A stretch of 64,000 bases of DNA from an uncultured delta proteobacterium (GTDB lineage Bacteria; Desulfobacterota; Syntrophobacteria; BM002). Positions within the stretch are counted from its first letter, which is position 1. Every line of letters starts with the position of its first letter. The notes under the pieces were generated by a model. It did not search any database, was not told where the DNA came from, and worked only from the letters and a program-made list of their open reading frames with translations. Positions 36,192-46,021 of the stretch are shown in pieces. Location: positions 55,739 through 119,738 of the forward strand of contig CAVQGX010000037.1 of the NCBI GenBank assembly GCA_963712115.1, read 5' to 3'. The position numbers and the translations under genes were made by a program.

Positions 36192-36965
36192 ATGCCCTAC
36201 TCCATTGTTTTCATTCTTATACTGGCGGTCCTTTTTCTGGCCAGTGCAATTCGGATTCTCAAGGAATACGAGCGGGGAGTCATTTTCCGTCTAGGAAGGG
36301 TCATTGGTGCCAAAGGACCGGGGCTTATCATTCTCATCCCTGTGGTAGATCGGATGGTGAAGGTCAGCCTGCGGTTGGTGGCCATGGACGTACCTCCTCA
36401 GGATGTGATCACCCGAGATAACGTATCCGTGAAGGTCAATGCAGTGATCTATTTCCGGGTGATGGATTCCATCAAGGCGGTGGTGGAGGTGGAAAATTAT
36501 CTCTACGCCACCTCCCAGATGGCCCAAACCACCCTGCGCAGTGTTTGCGGGCAGGGGGAGCTGGATGAACTGCTCTCTGAACGTGAAAAGATCAATAGGC
36601 AGCTCCAGGAGATTTTGGATGAGCACACCGACCCCTGGGGCATTAAGGTGAGCACTGTTGAGGTCAAGCACATCGATCTGCCCCACGATATGCAACGAGC
36701 CATGGCCCGCCAGGCTGAAGCCGAGCGGGAGCGCCGTGCCATGGTTATCAACGCAGAGGGGGAGCACCAGGCTGCGAATCGCCTGGCCGAAGCGGCCCGG
36801 ATCATCTCCGACCATCCCATTGCACTTCAGCTCCGCTATTTACAGACCCTGCGAGAGGTCGCTGCGCAGAGCAAATCCAGCACGCTCTTTCCCATTCCCA
36901 TTGATTTGTTCGAACCGTTTCTGCAGTTAGAGGAAAACGTGAAAAAAGAAAGCCCTGGCAGCTGA
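36192..36965 (+). CDS. SPFH/band-7 (stomatin-like, YbbK/QmcA-type) protein
   Basis: N-terminal TM, then '[17 protein letters not shown]', '[17 protein letters not shown]' and 'AEAERERRA'. Confidence 0.9.
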   Translation: MPYSIVFILILAVLFLASAIRILKEYERGVIFRLGRVIGAKGPGLIILIPVVDRMVKVSLRLVAMDVPPQDVITRDNVSVKVNAVIYFRVMDSIKAVVEVENYLYATSQMAQTTLRSVCGQGELDELLSEREKINRQLQEILDEHTDPWGIKVSTVEVKHIDLPHDMQRAMARQAEAERERRAMVINAEGEHQAANRLAEAARIISDHPIALQLRYLQTLREVAAQSKSSTLFPIPIDLFEPFLQLEENVKKESPGS

Positions 36966-37136
36966 TTGTGCGCCAGCCACCCCCGGTGCTCACTTGGTAG
37001 TCGTCCCCAAGGGGATTCCCTTCGTGTAAGGAACTTGTCCTGAGCGAGAGCGAAGGAGGGCAAGCTCACTTCCCTGTTGCCCGCTCTCCGAGCGGGAGGC
37101 CTACGAGTTCAAATCCGCCGGCACAATGCAAAAAGA

Positions 37137-37174
37137 AGAGGGCCAACTAAAATTACAGTTGACCCTCTTTTTTT
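37137..37174. terminator. intrinsic terminator hairpin (usable in both directions)
   Basis: AGAGGGCCAACT (37137-37148) pairs with AGTTGACCCTCT (37157-37168) with one mismatch. T6 lies on the right and an A-rich tract on the left. Confidence 0.7.
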
Positions 37175-37177
37175 ACA

Positions 37178-37288
37178 TGGCGTCCCCAAGGCTACTACCC
37201 GTTTACCCGTGTTTTTATCTAATACTCAGAGAACACCACAGTTTTGTTGAATTTTACTCATCACGGAGACATCAGAAGCCAATGCTGG
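37178..37288 (+). repeat. Family-B dispersed element, copy 3
   Basis: tggcgtccccaaggctactacccgtttacccgtgtttttatctaatactcagagaacaccaca...gaagccaatgctgg. It starts 4 nt after the terminator T-tract. Confidence 0.7.
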
Positions 37289-37739
37289 CCAAGTTTAGTT
37301 ATTGGCAAGCTATCTGGAATTCTTGATTAGAGCACCTTACCACTGCACTTTGGGTATTGCTATCTGGCCTATGCTATTCGTAAGCAATTTTGCGAAATAA
37401 AGAGAAAACAAAAGAAAAGATAAGAACTGCTTTTGCAGACAAACTGTAGATAACTTCGTTATCACACGGATATTGCAGCATATTAAAAGCGGATAAAGAA
37501 GCTTAATTATTCCCGTGAGTTCCAGCTGCGCGGTTAAACTTCTTTTGTTATCTCCTTGGGTTAGCTTTTGTGTATAACCCGAAATACCACATTCACAATT
37601 CAAGCCCTGCTGCATTTGACCAGTTTTTAGATGCTAAGGTAAAAAGCACATTAGAGATTACTCCACAGTGGTGCATGGGAAGAAGCATCTGAAAACTTTT
37701 GGCAACTCCGGCTTTTTCTGACGTCAATAGGAGGGCGCC

Positions 37740-38039
37740 ATGAGTAAAGGTCGGTACATTGCTTGGGTGGTGGATTCCGGTCGAAGTCCTAAGTGGCTTT
37801 TGAGGGAGTACCAAAACAAAGTCAAGCGGGTCATCCAGATGCGCCGAGTCTTAGAAAGACCTAATTTAAAAGACAGGAACACTGGTCGGCCCCACAGTCC
37901 AACGGCGATAAATATCTACAGGCGAAGCCTTCCCATTCGAGAAAGGGATCTCGTGGAGTGTCGAGAGGCCATCCGTTGGTTGGCCCGCCGGGGGCTGCTC
38001 CGAAAGATCGATCGCATTGCCTGTGAGGTTTCCGAATGA
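37740..38039 (+). CDS. hypothetical basic 99-aa protein
   Basis: AGGAGG RBS 5 nt upstream. I recognise no family. Confidence 0.45.
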   Translation: MSKGRYIAWVVDSGRSPKWLLREYQNKVKRVIQMRRVLERPNLKDRNTGRPHSPTAINIYRRSLPIRERDLVECREAIRWLARRGLLRKIDRIACEVSE

Positions 38040-38248
38040 TCCATTACGGAAGACCATGACTATGGTTTGCCGAACAGGCCCAAATCGTCTTCGATATCCC
38101 ACCTGCTTTTCTGTTGATTTGTCGTCTTAGGTACCTACTGATTTAATCCTACCGAGAGAGGGGATGCTGCTTATGCCCATACGGTCCTGCAGCTACTGGA
38201 ACAGTTTGCTAGAAATCGTTCATTTTTCTTGAGGGGGGTGTTACTGCT

Positions 38249-38455
38249 TTGACTGAGGTAGATATCACGGGGCTTGTTATTGTGGAGTGTCCAAAATGTC
38301 AGAAACGCGTTTGGCTGTTATCTTATGGTGGTTATGATGAAAACGCTGCACATTACTGCAAGCATTGTGATTACACATTTGCCACCGATTTAAGAGGGAA
38401 GCTCTTAGGTCACGTAGAGTGGGCAAAGCGGTCTTTGGAAAAAATTCACGCATAA
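38249..38455 (+). CDS. hypothetical zinc-ribbon protein (68 aa)
   Basis: TTG start after a G-rich RBS. The pairs 'CPKC' and 'CKHC' are 23 residues apart. Confidence 0.4.
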   Translation: MTEVDITGLVIVECPKCQKRVWLLSYGGYDENAAHYCKHCDYTFATDLRGKLLGHVEWAKRSLEKIHA

Positions 38456-38605
38456 GAAGTTCCATAGTCAGACAGCTCGTCTGGTAACAAACTGGAGTAA
38501 TTACCAGGGAACATCTGAAGATACACAAAGGATTCTGATTCAGTATCTTACACACACAGATTGAGTCCTCACACTCCGCATAACTTCTTGATAAAGGAGG
38601 GAGTC

Positions 38606-38875
38606 TTGGCTCGACAGGTTAGACTGATGATCCATGGCCGTGAATTTACTGTACACACCCTGGCCGATGAGACGCATTTGGAAACAGTGGCCCACTATGT
38701 AAACTCGAAATGTCAGGAAGCAGAAAGGAGCCTTCTTTCCAAGTCACAGACAAGCATCTTTGCCCTAGCTGCTCTGAACATAGCGAGTGATTATTTGCAG
38801 TTGAAGGAATGTTATAAACTTATGCTTGAGCGGATTGAGGAAAATCAGAAAAAATTGGCATCTTTTGCATTTTGA
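38606..38875 (+). CDS. zapA: cell-division protein ZapA-like
   Basis: TTG start 3 nt after AAGGAGGGA. 'VRLMIHGREFTV..ETHLETVAHYVNSK..IFALAALNIASDYLQLK' matches the ZapA pattern. The track ORF from 38561 is an upstream extension. Confidence 0.65.
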   Translation: MARQVRLMIHGREFTVHTLADETHLETVAHYVNSKCQEAERSLLSKSQTSIFALAALNIASDYLQLKECYKLMLERIEENQKKLASFAF

Positions 38876-38957
38876 ACAGAGAAGCTTAAATGCAAGATCG
38901 GATAAAGCCAGTTCTTGAAATTGGCAGTAGTGGCCGCTGATAATCTCCATATTTGGA

Positions 38958-39986
38958 TCAAATCAGAACCTGCTCCAGAATATCAATGGAATCAAGAACT
39001 TTGCCAGCGCCCATCACCACACTGGCAAGTGGATCATTTGCAATGCTTACGGGAAGTCCGGTCTCCTCTATTAGAAGCCTGTCAAGATTCTTTAAAAGTG
39101 CACCGCCTCCGGCAAGAACAATACCTGTATCTACAATATCTCCGGCCAATTCGGGCGGTACTTGCTCAAGAGCAGTCTTGACTGTCTGAACTATATTTTC
39201 AAGCAGTTCACTAAGGGCCTTGTTCACATCGGCCGAGTCAACCTCGACAATCTTTGGAATCCCTGAGACAAGATCACGCCCCTTGACCTCCATTTGCTGC
39301 ACATTATGGTTTGAGATCGCATTACCGATGGTGGTCTTGATTTGTTCTGCAGAACTTTCTCCTATCAGGAGATTGTACTTCTGCTTGATATGCTGAAGAA
39401 TAGCTTCGTCCATGAGGTTGCCGCCTACGCGAACCGACTTGCTGTACACCACTCCAGCCAGAGCGATTACCGCCACCTCTGTCGTGCCTCCGCCAATATC
39501 GACTATCATATTACCAATTGGCTCTGTTACAGGTAATCCGGCACCTATAGCAGCAGCCATGGGTTCTTCAATGAAAAAGACTTCACGGGCACCAGCTGCG
39601 CCTGCTGCCTCTCGCACTGCTCGTTTCTCCACCATGGTAATGCCCGAAGGCACGCAGACGATGACGCGCGCTTTTGCCAATCGGCGATTATTCGCTTTTC
39701 TAATAAAATGCCGTAGCATCGCCTCGGTTACATCGAAATCGGCGATCACCCCATCTTTCATTGGACGACTGGCAACGATATTCCCAGGGGTGCGGCCCAA
39801 CATCTCTTTAGCCTCTTTGCCCACTGCCAAGACTTTATTGGCTCCTCTTCCATCTCTGCGAACAGCAACAACAGAAGGCTCGTTAAGTACAACACCTTTT
39901 CCTTTCACATACACAAGCGTGTTTGCTGTACCCAGGTCAATTGCAAGATCTTCGGAAAATCTTCGCCAAATGTGATTCAAAACCAT
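38958..39986 (-). CDS. mreB: rod-shape-determining actin homologue MreB (paralogue 1)
   Basis: '[19 protein letters not shown]', 'DGVIADF', '[15 protein letters not shown]', '[12 protein letters not shown]', '[11 protein letters not shown]'. Confidence 0.95.
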   Translation of the reverse strand: MVLNHIWRRFSEDLAIDLGTANTLVYVKGKGVVLNEPSVVAVRRDGRGANKVLAVGKEAKEMLGRTPGNIVASRPMKDGVIADFDVTEAMLRHFIRKANNRRLAKARVIVCVPSGITMVEKRAVREAAGAAGAREVFFIEEPMAAAIGAGLPVTEPIGNMIVDIGGGTTEVAVIALAGVVYSKSVRVGGNLMDEAILQHIKQKYNLLIGESSAEQIKTTIGNAISNHNVQQMEVKGRDLVSGIPKIVEVDSADVNKALSELLENIVQTVKTALEQVPPELAGDIVDTGIVLAGGGALLKNLDRLLIEETGLPVSIANDPLASVVMGAGKVLDSIDILEQVLI

Positions 39987-40247
39987 AAGATCTTATCTCC
40001 TGCCCGTTTAGGCCGAATTACCATGGCTTCGATCGAAAGAGTATAAAAGTTCATGGAGGTGAAGCAAAATAATTGCAAGGCGAGGGCAAAGTCAAGTCAT
40101 TAGGACACTTTTGAGGGAAAAAATGAGGTGCCCTTGTACCTGATAAATGTGCAATGCTTCGGGTTTGCAACTGAAAAGGAAATCGTTATATTGGTGTGAC
40201 TGAAGCTTAAGGATTCAATTGTGATTGCTTGGAAGCAAGGAGAACAA

Positions 40248-40841
40248 ATGCGGAATTTTCGAAGAGGACTTCAAACAACAAAAAGGTACTGGCCCATTGC
40301 ATTCATAGTACTTTCATCAAACTTGTTGCTGAGTGTTACAATCCAGGCCAAGACATTTTATGTATCAGATACGACACTGACGGCTAATGTGCGGACTGGA
40401 CCCAGCTTTGAAAACCGCATCATTGCAATGCTTCAATCTGGGACGAAGGTAACTCTGGTGAGGGTAGAAGGCGGTTGGTCCGAAGTAGCCTTGGATGATG
40501 GACGCAGAGGCTGGATTCCTAAAAATTATCTATCCGATCGCCCTCCCTGGCGCGATACTGCTCAGAAACTGGCATCTGAAAACCAGAGTCTTCAAACCCA
40601 AGTCGCCAGTCTTGAGCAAAGCCAACAAAGTCTATCGCACGAGAACAACAAACTGAGGACTGAACTTCAGAACAGTTCGCAAAAGCTCGATCAACTGCAA
40701 AGAGCCAACAAAAATATGAAGACTTCTTACAATCTTCGCTGGTTTTTGGGTGGTGCAGGAGTCTTATTGGCCGGTTGGATACTTGGTTTTTGGATGGGTC
40801 GCATGAGACGACGTTCATATTCAGAACGATATAGATTGTAG
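40248..40841 (+). CDS. YgiM-like SH3-domain protein with a coiled coil and a C-terminal membrane anchor
   Basis: ATG after AAGGAGA. Signal/TM, an SH3b-like region 'NVRTGPSFENRIIAMLQSGTKVTLVRVEGGWSEV', a coiled coil and a C-terminal TM 'WFLGGAGVLLAGWILGFWMG'. Confidence 0.8.
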   Translation: MRNFRRGLQTTKRYWPIAFIVLSSNLLLSVTIQAKTFYVSDTTLTANVRTGPSFENRIIAMLQSGTKVTLVRVEGGWSEVALDDGRRGWIPKNYLSDRPPWRDTAQKLASENQSLQTQVASLEQSQQSLSHENNKLRTELQNSSQKLDQLQRANKNMKTSYNLRWFLGGAGVLLAGWILGFWMGRMRRRSYSERYRL

Positions 40842-41088
40842 GAACGTAATCAAAAGTTTATTGATATCCTAAAATTTTCACGCTGCTTAACAGAGCACGT
40901 GTATTGCCATACAGAAACTTGATGATCTGGATGCCGCACTATATGTTCATCCAGTTCCTCGTAAAGTGGGTTTTGTTCTTGCTTCCAGACCGCAAGGTTG
41001 ACTTTCCGGCATTTCAGAATACTCTCCTATAAAGCACTGGCTGAGTGGATTGCAGCTTCTGTAGCCTATAACAACCAACTGCAGACAG

Positions 41089-42138
<1,050 letters not shown>

Positions 42139-42899
42139 TTAATGCAAAGAAACAAAATGCAAGCCGATAAATAGCTTGCAAGCCAATTGGTCAAGGGTGT
42201 CAACACGATAGTCTTTGGATGAAAATAACATGCCAGGTTGAGCAAATCTAAATTTCCTTAATTTTTCATATTCTTAGCAAATTCATAAGCTTTGACTAAA
42301 CCTAAAAGGATGATTGAAATCATCCAAAACGGTCAATCGGCTATGAAAAAGTGTACGCTTCGAGCTAGTCTAACTGTGTTTCGACAATTAGGTGAGACGC
42401 TTAAGGTTAAGCTCACCAGTATGACAAGTTCCAATGTGGCACGAATCGATTCAGCGAATTTGGCTTTCTGATGTTAAATGCGATCTCCTATTGACCTGGT
42501 CGGATATTTGCTTACTCGATCTTATTTCAAGTCACATCTTGTTTTGATATCTTGAATTTCACTGATGTCCACATACTGGCAAGATATCTTTAATCCTTAC
42601 CCGGAAGTATCTACGCGAGCATTTTGTGGTTTAATTTCTGTGCGGGGAAGTTTGGAAATAAAGAGCTTTGCTTGCCCCTTTACCTCTGGAGCCAGCCAAT
42701 TAACCCCAAAAATGGTGGTTTTTCGTAGTTGCATAGATTGGCTAATTAGTTTATAGTTCTCAACTTTAAATGTTCAGGTATTGTGTGGCTTTGTGCATCT
42801 TTTATTTAGCAAGTGTAATACTAGTCGTTACGTAGAAAGAATATACCTTAAAGCTACTAATTCAAATTGCAATCGAAAGGAAACCGAGGAGGGTGAGAA

Positions 42900-43187
42900 A
42901 TGTCCAAACCAAAGCAGAAAAAGAAGGCACAGAACAAAAGGATTACCTTCAAGCTGGAGGCATCAGGAGCCAAAGAGGCCATCTTGGTAGGAGACTTTAA
43001 CAGTTGGGATGCCAAGAAGCACATAATGAAAAGGGACAACAGAGGGAGGTGGAGCAAGATTGTCACTCTGTCCCCTGGAAGGTACGAGTATAAGTTTCTT
43101 GTAGATGGGGAATGGCAGACTGATCCCAGCAATGACCAAGTGGTCCCCAACTCCTTTGGTAGCCTCAATAATTTCTTGAATGTTTAA
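42900..43187 (+). CDS. stand-alone CBM48/AMPK-beta-type glycogen-binding domain protein
   Basis: GAGGAGGG RBS. 'ILVGDFNSWD..RWSKIVTLSPGRYEYKFLVDGEW..DP'. Confidence 0.75.
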   Translation: MSKPKQKKKAQNKRITFKLEASGAKEAILVGDFNSWDAKKHIMKRDNRGRWSKIVTLSPGRYEYKFLVDGEWQTDPSNDQVVPNSFGSLNNFLNV

Positions 43188-43231
43188 ATAGCCACGTAGA
43201 TTGTGGACTGAGCATGAGTTAAATTAAATGA

Positions 43232-43273
43232 CCCCTACTGGTCATTGTACCTCCGGTCAGTGGGGGCTTTTTT
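43232..43273 (+). terminator. intrinsic terminator
   Basis: CCCCTACTGGTC pairs with GGTCAGTGGGGG (includes G-U pairs) and is followed by CTTTTTTATT. Confidence 0.7.
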
Positions 43274-43380
43274 ATTGCCAGTTCTCCCCTTATTCTTTTA
43301 ATCTGATGGCAGCTAAGGACTTTCTAAAAAAGTATAAGAGAAACTCTCCGAGAAATAGTCCCTTATAGCGAGGGCTAAAG

Positions 43381-43980
43381 ATGGAAAAAGAGGTCCGCCA
43401 ATATCGAAGAGTCAAAGTCAGTTGGCCTGTCACCATTCAGACCGAAGAAGGCACTATTGAACGGGCTACATACAACATAAGTCCCGATGGAGCCTTCATC
43501 CGTGGTTTGTCGCCCCTTGAGCTGCATGAAGTCGTTGATATGGTTATTAGTGGCCCTGACCATTCCATAACGGTCAAAGCAAGAGTGGTCTGGACGAGTA
43601 GCCAAGTGCCCCCTAAAAAGGATATGCCACGTGGTGTGGGTGTCGAGTTCATCAATATTTCTGATGAGCACCGAGAAATAATCTCTTCTCTAGTTGCAGC
43701 GGAAGTAGAGTCCTCAGGCTCGGACGAAGATGAAAAGGAGCAGGTTTTAATAAGAGAACAGAGCTTAATAGAGGAGCGGCCAGTAGAGGACGAGAAAGAA
43801 AACATGAATAAACCTACTCTAGGGCCACCTAAGAGGTGTCCAGACGGTCACATGCATATTTCCTGGTCTACGGGCGATGACCATATTTTCTGTTGGGACT
43901 GCAACCGGAGATACCCACTACTTGCCTGTTTCAGACCACCAGAGCGAGACCTTTCTGACTCTGAGAAGTCCAATGACTAG
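43381..43980 (+). CDS. PilZ-domain protein with an acidic linker and a C-terminal zinc-ribbon-like segment
   Basis: PilZ motifs 'RQYRRVKV' (RxxxR) and 'NISPDGAF' (D/NxSxxG). C-terminal 'CPDGH..CWDC'. Confidence 0.8.
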   Translation: MEKEVRQYRRVKVSWPVTIQTEEGTIERATYNISPDGAFIRGLSPLELHEVVDMVISGPDHSITVKARVVWTSSQVPPKKDMPRGVGVEFINISDEHREIISSLVAAEVESSGSDEDEKEQVLIREQSLIEERPVEDEKENMNKPTLGPPKRCPDGHMHISWSTGDDHIFCWDCNRRYPLLACFRPPERDLSDSEKSND

Positions 43981-44119
43981 CCTAGACCCTGACGAAATCA
44001 AACGAGTAAAAGTCCACCCTATCAAATGCCCCAGGTGCAAGCTCACGGTAATGGTCAAGCCAGACGATAAAGTGTGTCCTGCTTGTGGGGGTAATCTGCC
44101 GAAACCTGCAAAGCTTTGA
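43973..44119 (+). CDS. possible 48-aa zinc-ribbon protein
   Basis: The ATG overlaps the PilZ gene stop. 'CPRC..17 aa..CPAC'. It is short and has no recognisable family. Confidence 0.3.
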   Translation: MTSLDPDEIKRVKVHPIKCPRCKLTVMVKPDDKVCPACGGNLPKPAKL

Positions 44120-44460
44120 AAGAAAACTATATTTTGTGCCAGATTGGAAACCAGGCGAGTGTGAATTAAGGGATGTTATCTCCAGTCCGCGACCCTTCAG
44201 TCGAATCGAGCATACAAACTCTCCCCGGTCCACATATGCTCTTCAGACCTTGAGCCGACCTCGACTCAAGGTATTGGAAAGGTATATGGAGTCCTTATTA
44301 TCAGAGGATTCTTGCTATCTGTTTTTCATATCTTCACCAATGCAACCAATTATCTGAAGCTGGAAGTGCAGTTCCCTCCCAATATCGAACAATTTCAGAC
44401 CAAATCAAAAATTAAGGGCTTAGCACTTATTGGCTAAGCTCTCAATATTATTGCAAGAAG

Positions 44461-44572
44461 TGGCGTCACCAAGGGTACTCTCTGTTTACCCGTGTTTTTT
44501 TCTATGTCTAAGAGAGCACAATGATTTTATAAAGTTTTATCCTGCAAAGAGACACCGGAGGCCATCGCTACT
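44461..44572 (+). repeat. Family-B dispersed element, copy 4
   Basis: tggcgtcaccaagggtactctctgtttacccgtgtttttttctatgtctaagagagcaca...ggaggccatcgctac. It lies ~19 nt after the hairpin GCTTAGC/GCTAAGC (44418-44440). Confidence 0.7.
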
Positions 44573-45046
44573 CTTGATAAAAAGGGGTTCAGTATAAGGG
44601 AAGGTGAGAGTGCCGTCCTCACAGTTGAATTCATCTTTTCTTACTGATTTACCCAATATTAATAATATGTTATGAGAAACCAGCTAGAATTTACTCATTT
44701 TAGCTGATTTGATCTAGAAATCATGTAATTTCAAACAGTTGCCTCCATTTTTCACCTTTTCAAAAATCGTTACCAAATCGTTACCAAGGTTTTCCTTCGG
44801 GCTAGCTTCGTGACATTTTTTTAGGCTGAAAACATGCCACCATATCTGGTATAGCTCCCATTTGGCGTATTGATTGAAAGTCTTTTGCTACGTATCTTTA
44901 CTCAACGACCCCACCAAAATGCCTTGATATCATGAACACATCTTCAGTATTTCATAAAATTCTGCCCATCACATAGACACAAAAAGCCATCGCTAGTCCT
45001 CGTGAGAGATGAACAGATTGTGAGAAGGAAGCGGGAAAGGCTTTTC

Positions 45047-45100
45047 AGGTTATAGGTGATGGGTGTTAACCTGTAACCAATGACCCATGACCTATAACCT
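45047..45100. repeat. Heptad-arm hairpin H3
   Basis: AGGTTAT AGGTGAT GGGTG (45047-45065) pairs with ATGACCC ATGACCT ATAACCT (45080-45100). That is 11 bp, one mismatch, then 6 bp. Confidence 0.65.
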
Positions 45101-45627
45101 ATCAGCGGCGAAGACGCGACTTATTTGTTCAAAATTAAACCACCAAACTTTTTGATATCACATTAAACAAAGCATCAACAGTTTATTTACATTTTTTTAA
45201 CAATTAATAAACAAAAAGTTCTTCCATAAGTAAAATCTACAATATATTGACAACTTTCTTACAACTAAAAAACAAATAAATAACAACAAGATAAATAAAA
45301 AATGTTTCTATTGACAATTTTATTAGTTTCGACAAAATGTGTTCATCATTGAAGACATATACATACCAAGCAGGTGGTCTAATAATCTTTTTTGTTTGGT
45401 ACTAAATAAGTCTTCAATCGTACTAATGTCAGCTGTTTCTGGTTAATTTGCTTAAGTTAACAGCTTATACTTCTAACTTTACTGTCGGTGACAGAGTGTA
45501 ACTGAGTTGGCGGAGCTGTGTTCCAGCTACGCTGGAGCACGGGGCGGGAGGCCGCGCGAGATGGGCGAGACGGGGGCAGAAGACAGAGCAGTCATTTGCC
45601 TTCGGCGTCATTAGGTCACTACGCTGC

Positions 45628-45706
45628 GCTGTCATTTGTTGTAAAAGGTAGAAGACAGAGGACAGATGACAGCAGTTCAAGGTTCCAAGTTCCAAGTTCA
45701 AAGTTA
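45628..45706 (+). repeat. Hairpin plus eight tandem 7-nt units (H4)
   Basis: GCTGTCATTTGT (45628-45639) pairs with ACAGATGACAGC (45662-45673), 12 bp with one G-U. The units from 45651 are GAAGACA GAGGACA GATGACA GCAGTTC AAGGTTC CAAGTTC CAAGTTC AAAGTTA. Confidence 0.6.
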
Positions 45707-46021
45707 GGACAAGTTATGGGCTGAAGTTCTCCATATAACGGATAACACCTTGTTCCGTTCACCGTTTACGGCATTAACGACTTCAATGACTTCTGCGATC
45801 TGACGTGCTTTAGAGCTATGAGCCTTGGTGGTCTCAATATTCCCCCATTCCAATATTCCGATTATCTTGCACGCCCATCTTTATCGTCTAAGATGAGATA
45901 GGTGATCCGTTTTTTTTGGCATTGGGTTTGCAAAAAGTAATCAAAGGGGTGAGTATGGAGCTTACCCTTATGGCCCGGGGTTCCCCTCTTGGCGGATGTG
46001 ACGTCGATGGGGGTTTCTTTT

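Noticed and set aside
36985-37130. Possible tRNA or tmRNA fragment, because of 'GAGTTCAAATCC' (T-loop-like) at about 37097-37108.
   Set aside because: The flanking 5-nt segments (ACGAG / CCGCC) cannot form a T-stem, and no acceptor or anticodon arms can be drawn on either strand. The stretch looks like GC-rich REP-type palindromes (TCCTGAGCGAGAGCGAAGGA, CCCGCTC..GAGCGGG). It also contains a 20-nt partial match to the start of family B (gtcgtccccaaggggattccc).
38876-38957. 6S RNA (ssrS), expected by E. coli synteny directly downstream of zapA.
   Set aside because: Only 82 nt separate the zapA stop from the convergent mreB stop, which is too short for a ~180-nt 6S RNA. No long irregular hairpin is visible.
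45047-45706. CRISPR array or other spacer-repeat structure among the short periodic repeats.
   Set aside because: The units are 7 nt, contiguous and degenerate. There are no 25-40-nt direct repeats separated by unique spacers, and no cas genes in the window.
45465-45724. Overlapping ORFs 45465-45701 (minus) and 45518-45724 (plus), and ORFs 44085-44357 and 43982-44233.
   Set aside because: They run through repeat and hairpin sequence and overlap each other on opposite strands. They have no RBS or family resemblance and show biased Arg/Gly/Ser composition.
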